DNA of 32,000 nt from NCBI RefSeq assembly GCF_000014785.1, contig NC_008340.1, forward strand, positions 1,620,001 through 1,652,000, given 5' to 3'. Positions 18,156-26,315 of this stretch are shown here, piece after piece. How positions within the stretch are numbered: the first letter of the stretch is position 1; every line of letters begins with the position of its first letter. The notes below the pieces were generated by a model. It was not told the origin of the DNA, ran no database searches, and worked only from the letters and a program-made list of their open reading frames with translations. This DNA is from Alkalilimnicola ehrlichii MLHE-1 (GTDB lineage: Bacteria; Pseudomonadota; Gammaproteobacteria; Nitrococcales; Halorhodospiraceae). A program made the position numbers and the translations under genes.

Positions 18156-18425
18156 ATGACCACGGCGCTTGAAACCCTGCGCAGCTGGGTGGGCCGCGAT
18201 GTGCTCTTCCAGGGACGGCGGTTGCGCGTGGTGGAACTGCTCGAGGATACCGCCGAAGCCAGGCTCGTGCTCGAGGAGCGTGAAGCGGTCGGCCGCCGCG
18301 TGCAAAGCGACCAGTTCGGGGAGGCCCACCGGCGCACCCCCCGTACCTGGACGCTCCCCGTGCACGACCGCGACGGTGTGGCCCCCAACCCGCTGCTCGA
18401 CGAGATGGTGCTGGCGGAGGACTAG
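18156..18425 (+). CDS. hypothetical protein, 89 aa, no family recognised
   Basis: The ATG at 18156 has GAGGAAG 7 nt upstream. By my hand count, 77 of 89 third positions are G/C. The residue composition is ordinary (E/R/L/V rich). It is the only plausible reading of the 416-nt kdsB-ptp gap. The codon-aligned minus frame is His/Gly/Pro rich and lacks a start. Confidence 0.55.
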   Translation: MTTALETLRSWVGRDVLFQGRRLRVVELLEDTAEARLVLEEREAVGRRVQSDQFGEAHRRTPRTWTLPVHDRDGVAPNPLLDEMVLAED

Positions 18426-19201
18426 GCCGGCGGCCCCTGCTCTGCCAGCAATCGTTCCACCTGGGCCAGGTCCTGCGGCGTATCGACCCCGGGACCGGGG
18501 ACCTGATGGGCCAGGCCAACGTGGATGCGCACGCCGTGCCAGAGCGCGCGCAACTGCTCCAGCGCCTCCAGGCCCTCCGGGGGCGCTGCCTCCAGGGCCG
18601 GATAGCGGCGCAGGAACCCGACCCGGTAGGCATACAGCCCCAGATGGCGCAACCACTGGCCCGGGGACCGGGCGGCACCGGCTGCCCCCGAGAAGCCGTC
18701 GCGGTCCCAGGGGATGGGGGCGCGGCTGAAGTACAGGGCATACCCCTGGCGATCCCGCACCACCTTGACCGCATGGGGCGATCGCACCTCGTCGAGGGAG
18801 TGGCAGAGAGTGGCCAGTGTGGCAATGCCCGCATCCCGATGCGCCGCCAGATCCAGCGCCACCTGGCGCACGAGCCGGCCCGGCATCAGCGGCTCGTCCC
18901 CCTGCAGATTGACGACAATCTGGTCGTCGTCCAATCCCAGCCGCTCCGCCACCTCCGCCAGACGGTCGGTTCCCGATGGGTGATCGTGCCGGGTCATCAC
19001 CACCTCGCGCCCCTCCTCCCGACAGGCGTGGGCGATTTCGCGGTGGTCGGTGGCGACCAGGATTCGCGCCGCCCCGCTCTCCTCGGCGCGCCGGCAGACA
19101 TGGTGAATCATCGGCCATCCCAACAGGCTGGCCAGGGGTTTGCCCGGGAAGCGGTGGGAGGCGTAGCGGGCGGGGATAATGACGGTAAAGGGTGTGGTCA
19201 T
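18422..19201 (-). CDS. kdsB: 3-deoxy-manno-octulosonate cytidylyltransferase (CMP-KDO synthetase)
   Basis: 259 aa, with 'VIIPARYASHRFPGKPL' and 'NLQGDEPL'. The ATG is 3 nt after the lpxK stop. Confidence 0.95.
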   Translation of the reverse strand: MTTPFTVIIPARYASHRFPGKPLASLLGWPMIHHVCRRAEESGAARILVATDHREIAHACREEGREVVMTRHDHPSGTDRLAEVAERLGLDDDQIVVNLQGDEPLMPGRLVRQVALDLAAHRDAGIATLATLCHSLDEVRSPHAVKVVRDRQGYALYFSRAPIPWDRDGFSGAAGAARSPGQWLRHLGLYAYRVGFLRRYPALEAAPPEGLEALEQLRALWHGVRIHVGLAHQVPGPGVDTPQDLAQVERLLAEQGPPA

Positions 19202-19204
19202 GGA

Positions 19205-20200
19205 TCACCTGTTGGTCAGTGAGTGCAGCCGGGCCAGGCTGGCCTCCAGGCGCTCCCGCGTGGCGGGCTCGGGCCGCGCCTCCACCGGCAGGAACCAGCT
19301 CCGCGCCGGCGCCAGGCCGGCGCACTTGACCGCGTCCTTCTCGGTCATGATCACCGGCCGGTCATCCCCAAAGCGCAACTCCCCGGCCCGATAAGGGTGG
19401 TGGTCCGGGAAGGGGTGCGGGATCACCCGGTAGCCGAGCCCTTCCAGTGTGGCGAAGAAGCGCGCGGGGTGACCGATGCCGGCCACCGCATGCACCGTGG
19501 TGCCGGGTTCCGGGCCCCCTTCCGGCGCTGCGTCCGCGGCCAGTGGCCGGAGCGGACCGGGCACCAGTTCGAACCACCAGGGCGTCAATGCCGGTGCGCG
19601 TCCGTTGCTGATCACCATGTCCACGTCGGCCAGGCGGTCGGCCGGTTCCCGCAGCGGACCGGCCGGCAGGCAGAGCCCGTTGCCCAGGCCCCGGTGACCG
19701 TCGCAGACCACCAGCTCCAGCGCCCGCGGCAGGCGGTAGTGCTGCAGGCCGTCGTCGCTGACCACCACGTCGCAGCCGGCAGCCAGCAGCAGTTGCGCGG
19801 CCGCCACCCGATCGGGCCCGACCGCCACCGGACAGCCGGTGCCGCGGGCCAGCAGCAGCGGTTCGTCCCCCACCTCAGCTGGGTCGCTGTCGGCGGCCAC
19901 CCGCCGCGGCCACTCCCGGGAGCGGCCGCCGTAGCCGCGGCTGACGATCCCGGGCCGCCGGCCCATCGCCGCCAGGGTATCGGCGATCCAGGCCACCAAC
20001 GGGGTCTTGCCGGTACCGCCGACGAAGATATTGCCCACCACCACCACGGGTACGGGGAGCCGGCCGCGCCGGATCCAGCCCTTGCGGTAGCCATAGCGGC
20101 GCAGGCGCATCACCCCGCCATAGAGGGCCGCCAGCGGCCGCAGCGCGTGGGCACGCCAGTCCGGCGGGCGGCGCAGCCAGAAGGCGGGCAGCTCGCTCAC
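19205..20200 (-). CDS. lpxK: tetraacyldisaccharide 4'-kinase
   Basis: 331 aa, with the P-loop 'VVVVGNIFVGGTGKTP' and 'VSRGYGG'. GTG start. Confidence 0.93.
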   Translation of the reverse strand: MSELPAFWLRRPPDWRAHALRPLAALYGGVMRLRRYGYRKGWIRRGRLPVPVVVVGNIFVGGTGKTPLVAWIADTLAAMGRRPGIVSRGYGGRSREWPRRVAADSDPAEVGDEPLLLARGTGCPVAVGPDRVAAAQLLLAAGCDVVVSDDGLQHYRLPRALELVVCDGHRGLGNGLCLPAGPLREPADRLADVDMVISNGRAPALTPWWFELVPGPLRPLAADAAPEGGPEPGTTVHAVAGIGHPARFFATLEGLGYRVIPHPFPDHHPYRAGELRFGDDRPVIMTEKDAVKCAGLAPARSWFLPVEARPEPATRERLEASLARLHSLTNR

Positions 20201-20240
20201 CGGCCACCCCCGCGGGTCGTCCCGGTTGCCGCGCCGGGGC

Positions 20241-20654
20241 TCATTCCGGCTCCGGCGTGGTGCCGATGGCCACCCGGGCTATCCCCAACTGGCCGGCCAC
20301 GTCCAGCGCTGTCACCACCGCCTTGTGCGGGGCGTCGGCATCGGCGCGGATCACCAGCGGCCGTTCGCCCTCCGCCATGGCCTCCTCCAGCGCCTGCCGG
20401 AGGGTGCCCGGCTGCCGGTTCACCAGCGTATGGCCGTCGAGCGCATAGTCCCCCTCGACGCTGATCACCAGATCGAGCACCTCCGGTTGTCGCTCCGCGG
20501 CCTCCGGCGAGGCCTGCGGCAGGGTGATGTCCAGGCTGCTTTCACGGATGAAGGTGGTGGTGACCATGAAGAAGATCAGCAGCAGGAACACCACGTCGAT
20601 CAACGGTGTGAGGTTGATCTCCGGGTCGCTGTTCCGTTGGCCGCGCAACCGCAC
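20241..20654 (-). CDS. exbD: ExbD/TolR family biopolymer transport protein
   Basis: 137 aa. 'EINLTPLIDVVFLLLIFFMV' is the conserved TM segment with the Asp. Confidence 0.9.
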   Translation of the reverse strand: MRLRGQRNSDPEINLTPLIDVVFLLLIFFMVTTTFIRESSLDITLPQASPEAAERQPEVLDLVISVEGDYALDGHTLVNRQPGTLRQALEEAMAEGERPLVIRADADAPHKAVVTALDVAGQLGIARVAIGTTPEPE

Positions 20655-20655
20655 C

Positions 20656-21312
20656 TCAGCGTTCCTCCGGCCCGTTGGGCCCGGCCGCAGGCTCCAACAG
20701 GTCGTTGCTCCGCTGGCCCTGCAACACCTCCACCAGTTTCAGGGCCTCCTGCTCGATCTCCACCACCAGTTCCTCCACCCGGCCCCGGAAGTAGCGGTAG
20801 GCCATAAGCGTGGGGATGGCCACCGACAGGCCGGCGGCAGTGGTGATCAGGGCCTCGGAGATCCCGCCAGCCATGGCCGGCGTATCGCCGAGCCCCTGCA
20901 GGCTGATTACCGAGAAGACCTTGATCATGCCGATCACGGTGCCGAGCAGCCCCAGCAACGGGGTAATGGCGGCCAGCGTGCCCAGGGTGTTGAGAAACCG
21001 CTCCAGGCGATGGGCCTCATGCCGGCCGACGTCTTCGATGGCCTCGGTCATCACCTCCCGCCGGCAATCGGCGTTGGCCAGGCCGGCCCCGAGGACCCGC
21101 CCCAGCGGCGAGTGTTGGCGCAGCCGTCGGAGCCCTACCGCGTCCATCTGCCCGGCCTTGACCTGGCGCCAGGTGTCGGCCAGCAGTCCGGGGGGCACCA
21201 CCCGCCGTTTCTGCAGCGCCACGGCCCGCTCCACGATGATGGCCAGCGCCAGGATCGAGCAGAAGACGATGGGGATCATCAGCAGGCCGCCGGCCTGTAG
21301 GTGTTCCAGCAC
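20656..21312 (-). CDS. exbB: MotA/TolQ/ExbB family proton channel protein
   Basis: Start taken at the GTG at 21312 ('VLEHLQAGGLLMIPIVFCSILALAIIVER'), with GAGGAG upstream. The C-terminal motif 'GISEALITTAAGL' is present. The longer track ORF would overlap comEC. Confidence 0.88.
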   Translation of the reverse strand: MLEHLQAGGLLMIPIVFCSILALAIIVERAVALQKRRVVPPGLLADTWRQVKAGQMDAVGLRRLRQHSPLGRVLGAGLANADCRREVMTEAIEDVGRHEAHRLERFLNTLGTLAAITPLLGLLGTVIGMIKVFSVISLQGLGDTPAMAGGISEALITTAAGLSVAIPTLMAYRYFRGRVEELVVEIEQEALKLVEVLQGQRSNDLLEPAAGPNGPEER

Positions 21313-21368
21313 GGTGGACGTTCTCCTCTTGCCGGGACGGGGCGGCGTCAGCCGCGGGGTGCGGGCCC

Positions 21369-23621
21369 TCAGGGGCCCGGTTCGCATGACCGCGATGATA
21401 AAGGATTTGCCCACCGACTTGGAGCGCCCTCGCCCGTGTCAGTGCTCCCCTGCCCCGGCGGCCACGGGCGGTGGAAGTAGCGCCCCTGATCCCGCAACCA
21501 GCACTCCAGCCGCAGCCCCTCTGCCCCGGGTCGGACGAGGACGGTGCCCAGCACCGCCGGGTTGTGGCCCAGGTGCGCGGTGGCCCTGGCATTGCCCAGC
21601 GTGGCCTCCTCGCGCCGCACCGGGTACCCGATTCGGTACCGGGGCGAGTGCCCCCCGGCCTCGAGCTGCTGCAGATGGGTGAGCGGGGCGACGAGCACCG
21701 CCATCGGCGGCGCCCCGTTGTGGTGCGGCCGCTCCGACGGGGTGAGTCGCACCCGCGCTTGCCCCAGGGTCGTCTCCAGGGCACAGCCCCCGGCCACCGG
21801 CCGCAGCCGGACACCGGGTGGCAGGGCGCCGCCGGCCTCGCAGGTTGTTACCGGGTGCGCCTGGGGGTAGCGCGCCCGCAGGGCCTCCAGCCCTCCGGTC
21901 CAGGCCGAGCCGCGGCCCCCGGGGATCAGGTAGTCCGGGCGCAGCCCCCGAACCTCCAACCAGGGCACCAGGGTGCGCTCGGCCGCGGTCGCGCCACGGC
22001 CCACTCGTGCCCCGCTGCCATAGACCAGAACCCGGTCCGCCACAACGAGCACACTGATCAGTCCGCGACCGGCATCGAGCACGGCGAGCTGCGACGGGGC
22101 GGATGCTGCGTCCGGCTGGGGCCCGGCCGCCACCGGCAAGGCGAGCAGCGGTAGCCCCAGCCAGCGCCCGAACCAGCCGGGCGGCAATAACAGCAGGAGC
22201 GCGCCTGCCGCCGCCACCCAGAGCCCCTGCCGGACCCCCGCCGGATCGCCCCATTGGCCGTACTCGGCAAGCCAGGCCAGCCCCTGCATCAGCCCCTCGA
22301 GCACGCCGAGGCTGAAGACCAGCAAGGCCTCGCTCAGGGGTGGCAGCAAGGCCAGCAACGGCACGCCCAGGAGCAGCGGCGGCACCACCAGGAAGGCGAC
22401 CACCGGGATGGCCAGCATGTTGGCCGGTGCCGAGATCAGGGGCAGTTCGTCGAACCACCAGCCGATCACCGGGAGCAGCGCCAGGCTGATCAGGGCGTGT
22501 AGGCGCAGCCCCACCCACCACCCCGATCGGTCGGCCCGCCGATGAGCAGCCAGCAGGAAGATGATGGCGACCGCGCCAAACGACAGCCAGAACCCGGGAC
22601 CCAGCGGTGCCAGCGGGTCCAGGATCAGTACCGCGGTCAGCGCCACGAGCAGGCCGTGGGAGACCGTCGGGCGGCGCCGTAGCATCAGGGCCCCCAGCGC
22701 CACGCCGAGCATAATCAGGGCCCGCTGGGTGGGCAGGGTGAAGCCGGCCAGGGCCGCATACCCCGCCGCCAGAAGCAGGGCAAAGGCCGCGCCAGTCATT
22801 CGCGCCGGCGAGCGCCGGGCCAGGGCCGGCAGACATCGCCAGACCCCGCCTCCGACGACAAAGCCAAACCCGGCCACCAGGCCGATATGGAGCCCGGAGA
22901 TGGCCAGCAGGTGACCGGTGCCCGTCGCCCCGAGCACCGACCACTGGGCCTCGGTCATGCCACTGCGATCGGCGACCGCGAGCGCGGGCAGCAGGGTCGC
23001 CGCGCCACCCTGCCCCACGCGCTCGCGGATCGCTCCGGCGATTTGTTCGCGCAGGGCATGGAGCCCCCGCCCCTCCGTCAGGCGTTGCGGAGCGGGCTCG
23101 GCCCGCACGTAGCCGGTGGCGTCAAACCGATTCTGGTGCAGCCAACGCTCATAATCGAAGCCGCCGTCGTTCAAGGCGCCCGCAGGGGGCCGCAGGCGCA
23201 CGGTCAGCCGCCAGCGCTCCCCGGCGGCGGGCGGCGTAGCGAGTCCATAGGCACTCAGCCGGATCCGCCGCGGGAGGCGGGCGTCGACGGGCTCCCCGTT
23301 CGGGGTGCGGGCCTGATCCGGCGCAAAGACGAACCGGGTGCTGTGGCCGCGGGGTTCGCTCAGGTCTGCGACACTACCCGTAAGGATGAGGTCCTGCCCC
23401 TCCAGGGCGAGGGGCAACCGATGGGCCAGACCGTGGTGAGCGTGCAAGGTGGCCCAGCCCAAGCCAAGGGCGAGCCCCGCCACCAGTCGCACGGCCGGGG
23501 CGCGCAGCGCGAGCAGCGGCAGTGCCAGGAGGGCCGCCGGCAGCCAGGGCCCGCCGGGCAGTGACGGCAGCTGCTGCAGGGCGACCACGCCCAGGGCGAA
23601 GCCCGACATCCCGGCGCGCAT
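21369..23621 (-). CDS. comEC: ComEC/Rec2 family DNA internalisation protein
   Basis: Start taken at the ATG at 23621, with GGGAGGA 6 nt upstream; the track start at 23651 is a TTG. It has the N-terminal DUF4131-like region, the polytopic competence domain ('TGTGHLLAISGLHIG') and a C-terminal lactamase-like region. Confidence 0.88.
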   Translation of the reverse strand: MRAGMSGFALGVVALQQLPSLPGGPWLPAALLALPLLALRAPAVRLVAGLALGLGWATLHAHHGLAHRLPLALEGQDLILTGSVADLSEPRGHSTRFVFAPDQARTPNGEPVDARLPRRIRLSAYGLATPPAAGERWRLTVRLRPPAGALNDGGFDYERWLHQNRFDATGYVRAEPAPQRLTEGRGLHALREQIAGAIRERVGQGGAATLLPALAVADRSGMTEAQWSVLGATGTGHLLAISGLHIGLVAGFGFVVGGGVWRCLPALARRSPARMTGAAFALLLAAGYAALAGFTLPTQRALIMLGVALGALMLRRRPTVSHGLLVALTAVLILDPLAPLGPGFWLSFGAVAIIFLLAAHRRADRSGWWVGLRLHALISLALLPVIGWWFDELPLISAPANMLAIPVVAFLVVPPLLLGVPLLALLPPLSEALLVFSLGVLEGLMQGLAWLAEYGQWGDPAGVRQGLWVAAAGALLLLLPPGWFGRWLGLPLLALPVAAGPQPDAASAPSQLAVLDAGRGLISVLVVADRVLVYGSGARVGRGATAAERTLVPWLEVRGLRPDYLIPGGRGSAWTGGLEALRARYPQAHPVTTCEAGGALPPGVRLRPVAGGCALETTLGQARVRLTPSERPHHNGAPPMAVLVAPLTHLQQLEAGGHSPRYRIGYPVRREEATLGNARATAHLGHNPAVLGTVLVRPGAEGLRLECWLRDQGRYFHRPWPPGQGSTDTGEGAPSRWANPLSSRSCEPGP

Positions 23622-23735
23622 GGCTGATCCTCCCTGATCAGAGCCCGGCAAGGAAAATGATGAAAATCCGGTACAGATTACGTAAGATTGCCGCGCCTGT
23701 CACGGAACAGTCTGGAATCCCTCGAAGGAACCCCT

Positions 23736-24326
23736 ATGCCCCGGCGCATGCTGAAACGTTGGCTACCCGATCGGCGCGTGCTGCACGAGAACCGCTGGCT
23801 GCGCCTCTTTGGGCGGCTGACGGAGGACCCGTTCCTGCTGCACCTGAACCGGCGCTCCATCTCCGGCGGCCTGGGGATCGGGGTGTTCGTGGCCTTTCTG
23901 CCTATCCCACTGCAGATGCTAGTGGCCGGCGGCATGGCCATCGTCGCCCGGGTCAACATCCTGTTGGCGGTGGCCACGGTCTGGATAAGCAACCCCTTCA
24001 CCATGCCACCCATGCTTTATTTCTGCTATCGGGTGGGAACGGCCTTACTCGGCGGCCGGGAACAGCGTGCCCCCTTCGAGCTGCGCCTGGAGTGGTTCTG
24101 GGACAATATGGCCGCCATCTGGCAACCATTGGTGCTGGGCAGCGTCGTCGTGGGTGTGGTGGCGGGACTGGCCAGCTACGGGTTGGTGCACCTGCTGTGG
24201 CGGATCTACATCTATCGCCACCTGCGCGACCGCCGCATCCGCCGGGAGCGCGCCCTGCAAACCCGCAATCCCCGCCCCGACCCGGGCCCCGGTACGAAAC
24301 CGGAGCCGCGCCGAAACGGCGGTTAG
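23736..24326 (+). CDS. DUF2062 family membrane protein
   Basis: 'MPRRMLKRWLPD..HENRWL..FG..L..P.L.HLNRRS...G..IG.F..F.P.P.Q' is the typical DUF2062 N-terminus. The ATG at 23736 has GAAGGAA upstream. Confidence 0.8.
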   Translation: MPRRMLKRWLPDRRVLHENRWLRLFGRLTEDPFLLHLNRRSISGGLGIGVFVAFLPIPLQMLVAGGMAIVARVNILLAVATVWISNPFTMPPMLYFCYRVGTALLGGREQRAPFELRLEWFWDNMAAIWQPLVLGSVVVGVVAGLASYGLVHLLWRIYIYRHLRDRRIRRERALQTRNPRPDPGPGTKPEPRRNGG

Positions 24327-24340
24327 CTTGGCCGCCGGAG

Positions 24341-25051
24341 TCAACGCTCGTCGACGAACCGTCCGTCCATCAGCTCGAGGGTGCGGTCCATGCGCCGCGC
24401 CAGGGCGGCGTCGTGGGTGACCATGATAAGACTGGTGCCCTGGGCCTGGTGCAGCTCGCTGAGCAACTCGAAGATGCGTTCAGCGGTGTGGCTGTCCAGG
24501 TTGCCGGTGGGCTCATCGGCCAGTATGCAGCGTGGACGGGTCACCAGCGCGCGGGCGATGGCGACCCGTTGACGTTCGCCGCCGGAGAGTTCCCCCGGCT
24601 TGTGTCGGGTGCGGTCGGCCAGCCCCACCTGCTCCAGGATCATCTCCGCCTGCTCCCGGGCCTGGGCCGGGGCCAGGCCGCCGATCAGTCCGGGCATGGC
24701 CACGTTCTCCAGCGCGGTGAACTCGGGGAGCAAGTGGTGAAACTGGTAGACGAACCCCAGGTTGCGGTTACGCAGCCAGCCGCGGCGGCGCTCAGAGAGC
24801 GAGGACAGGGCCTCGCCGGCCAGCCAGACCTCGCCCCGGGTGGGCCGGTCGAGCCCGCCGAGCAGGTGCAGCAGGGTACTCTTGCCGGAGCCGGAGCGAC
24901 CGACGATGGCCATCTGTTCCCCGGGCGCCACCGCCAGGTCGATGCCGCTGAGCACGTTCACGTCCAGCGGTCCTTCCTTGAAACGCTTGTGCAGGTCCCG
25001 GCAGGCCAGCACCGGGGCGTCCTTTCCGTTCATCCCCAAGGCCTCACTCAT
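24341..25051 (-). CDS. lolD: lipoprotein-releasing ABC transporter ATP-binding protein LolD
   Basis: Walker A 'GRSGSGKST', signature '[15 protein letters not shown]' and Walker B '[11 protein letters not shown]' are present. Start at the ATG at 25051, an 8-nt overlap with the permease gene, or at the ATG at 25033. The upstream extension in the track is an artefact. Confidence 0.9.
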
Positions 25052-26294
25052 AGCGCAATGCCTCCGCCGGCGCGGTACGGGCACCCCGCCAGGCCGGGTA
25101 GAGAGTGGCCAGAAACGACAGCACCAGGGCCAGGCCGGTGATCCGGCCGACGTCCCCCCAGTCCAGGTCCGACGGGAGATCACTGATGTAGTAGACATCG
25201 GCCGGCAGGAACTCGACCTGGAGCAGCTGTTCGATGGCGGGGACAATGTTCTCGACATTGAGGGCCAGCGCGATCCCACCGGCCACGCCCAGGGCGGTGC
25301 CGACGACGCCAATGATCGTGCCCTGGATGATAAACACCCCCATCACACTGCCCGGGCTCAAGCCCAGGGTCCGCAGGATGGCGATATCCGCCTGCTTGTC
25401 CCGCACCACCATCACCAGGGTGGAGACGATGTTGAAAGCGGCCACCGCGACGATCAGGGTGAGGATGACGAACATCACCGTCTTCTCGGTCTGCACCGCG
25501 CGGAAGAAGTTCTCGTGATGCCGCGTCCAGTCGCGCACGCTGTAGACCCCGGGGAGCATCTCCGCGACCTCGGTGGCCAGCCGCGGCGCCGCCAGCAGCT
25601 CGTCGAAACGAACGCGGATACCGCTGGCCCCCTCGCCGGCCCGGAACAGGCGGGCTGCGTCCTCCATGTGCACCAGCGCGATGCCCTTGTCGTACTGGTA
25701 CATGCCGACCTCGAACACGCCGACCACGGTGAACCGGCGCAGGCGGGGGGTGATGCCCGCCACCGATACCCGCGCCTCAGGGGCTACGATGGTCACCCGG
25801 TCCCCGCCACGCACCCCCAGGGTACGCGCCAGTTCCGAACCCAGGACAATACCGAACTCGCCGGGACGCAGGTCATCCAGCCGCCCCTCCACCAGTTGGT
25901 GAGCCACCTCGGAGACCTCGCCTTCCAGCGCCGGCACCACCCCTTGCACCAGCACGCCGCTCACCTCGCCGCCCCGCGTGATCATGGCCTCGCCCTCGAC
26001 AAAGGGCGCCGCCCCCTCGACCCGTGGATGGGAGAGCACGGCCTCGCGCACTGCCTGCCAGTCCTCCATGGGCTCCCCCCAAGCGGAGACGGTGGCGTGG
26101 GAGATCATGCCTAGAATCCGTTCCCTAAGCTCACGTTCGAAGCCGTTCATCACCGAAAGCACGACGATAAGGGCCGTAACCCCCAGCATGATGCCAATGA
26201 TCGAGCTCAGGGAGATGAAGGAGATAAAGTGGTTCCGGCGCCGGGCTCCGGTGTAGCGCAGCCCGATCCAGCACTCCAGGGGTTTGAACATCAA
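25044..26294 (-). CDS. lolC: lipoprotein-releasing system transmembrane subunit, LolC/LolE family
   Basis: 416 aa with a FtsX-like fold: an N-terminal TM segment, a large periplasmic domain and C-terminal TM segments ('[15 protein letters not shown]'). Immediately upstream of lolD. Confidence 0.88.
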
Positions 26295-26315
26295 AGCAGT
26301 CTCGTCAGCGTCCTC

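Noticed and set aside
18123-19325. A 400-aa minus-strand ORF overlapping kdsB, lpxK and the 89-aa ORF.
   Set aside because: It is out of frame with kdsB and lpxK, both of which are certain. Over 18156-18425 it is merely the codon-aligned antisense of the plus-strand ORF. That stretch is His/Gly/Pro-rich and has no start codon or SD after the kdsB stop.
21313-21420. I looked for a Fur box or iron-regulated promoter upstream of exbB.
   Set aside because: The sequence is GC-rich with no GATAATGATAATCATTATC-like element. It shows only a GGGCCC-tcag-GGGCCC hairpin around the comEC stop codon.
21017-22944. 265-aa and 501-aa minus-strand ORFs, and several plus-strand ORFs, inside comEC and exbB.
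   Set aside because: They are alternative frames of genes with clear membrane-protein translations. Their composition is typical of off-frame GC-rich sequence.
23522-25141. A 539-aa plus-strand ORF running from inside comEC through the DUF2062 gene and lolD.
   Set aside because: It is a frame different from the DUF2062 gene and antisense to lolD. The translation is Pro/Arg/Gly-rich. The DUF2062 frame has the family N-terminus and a proper SD.
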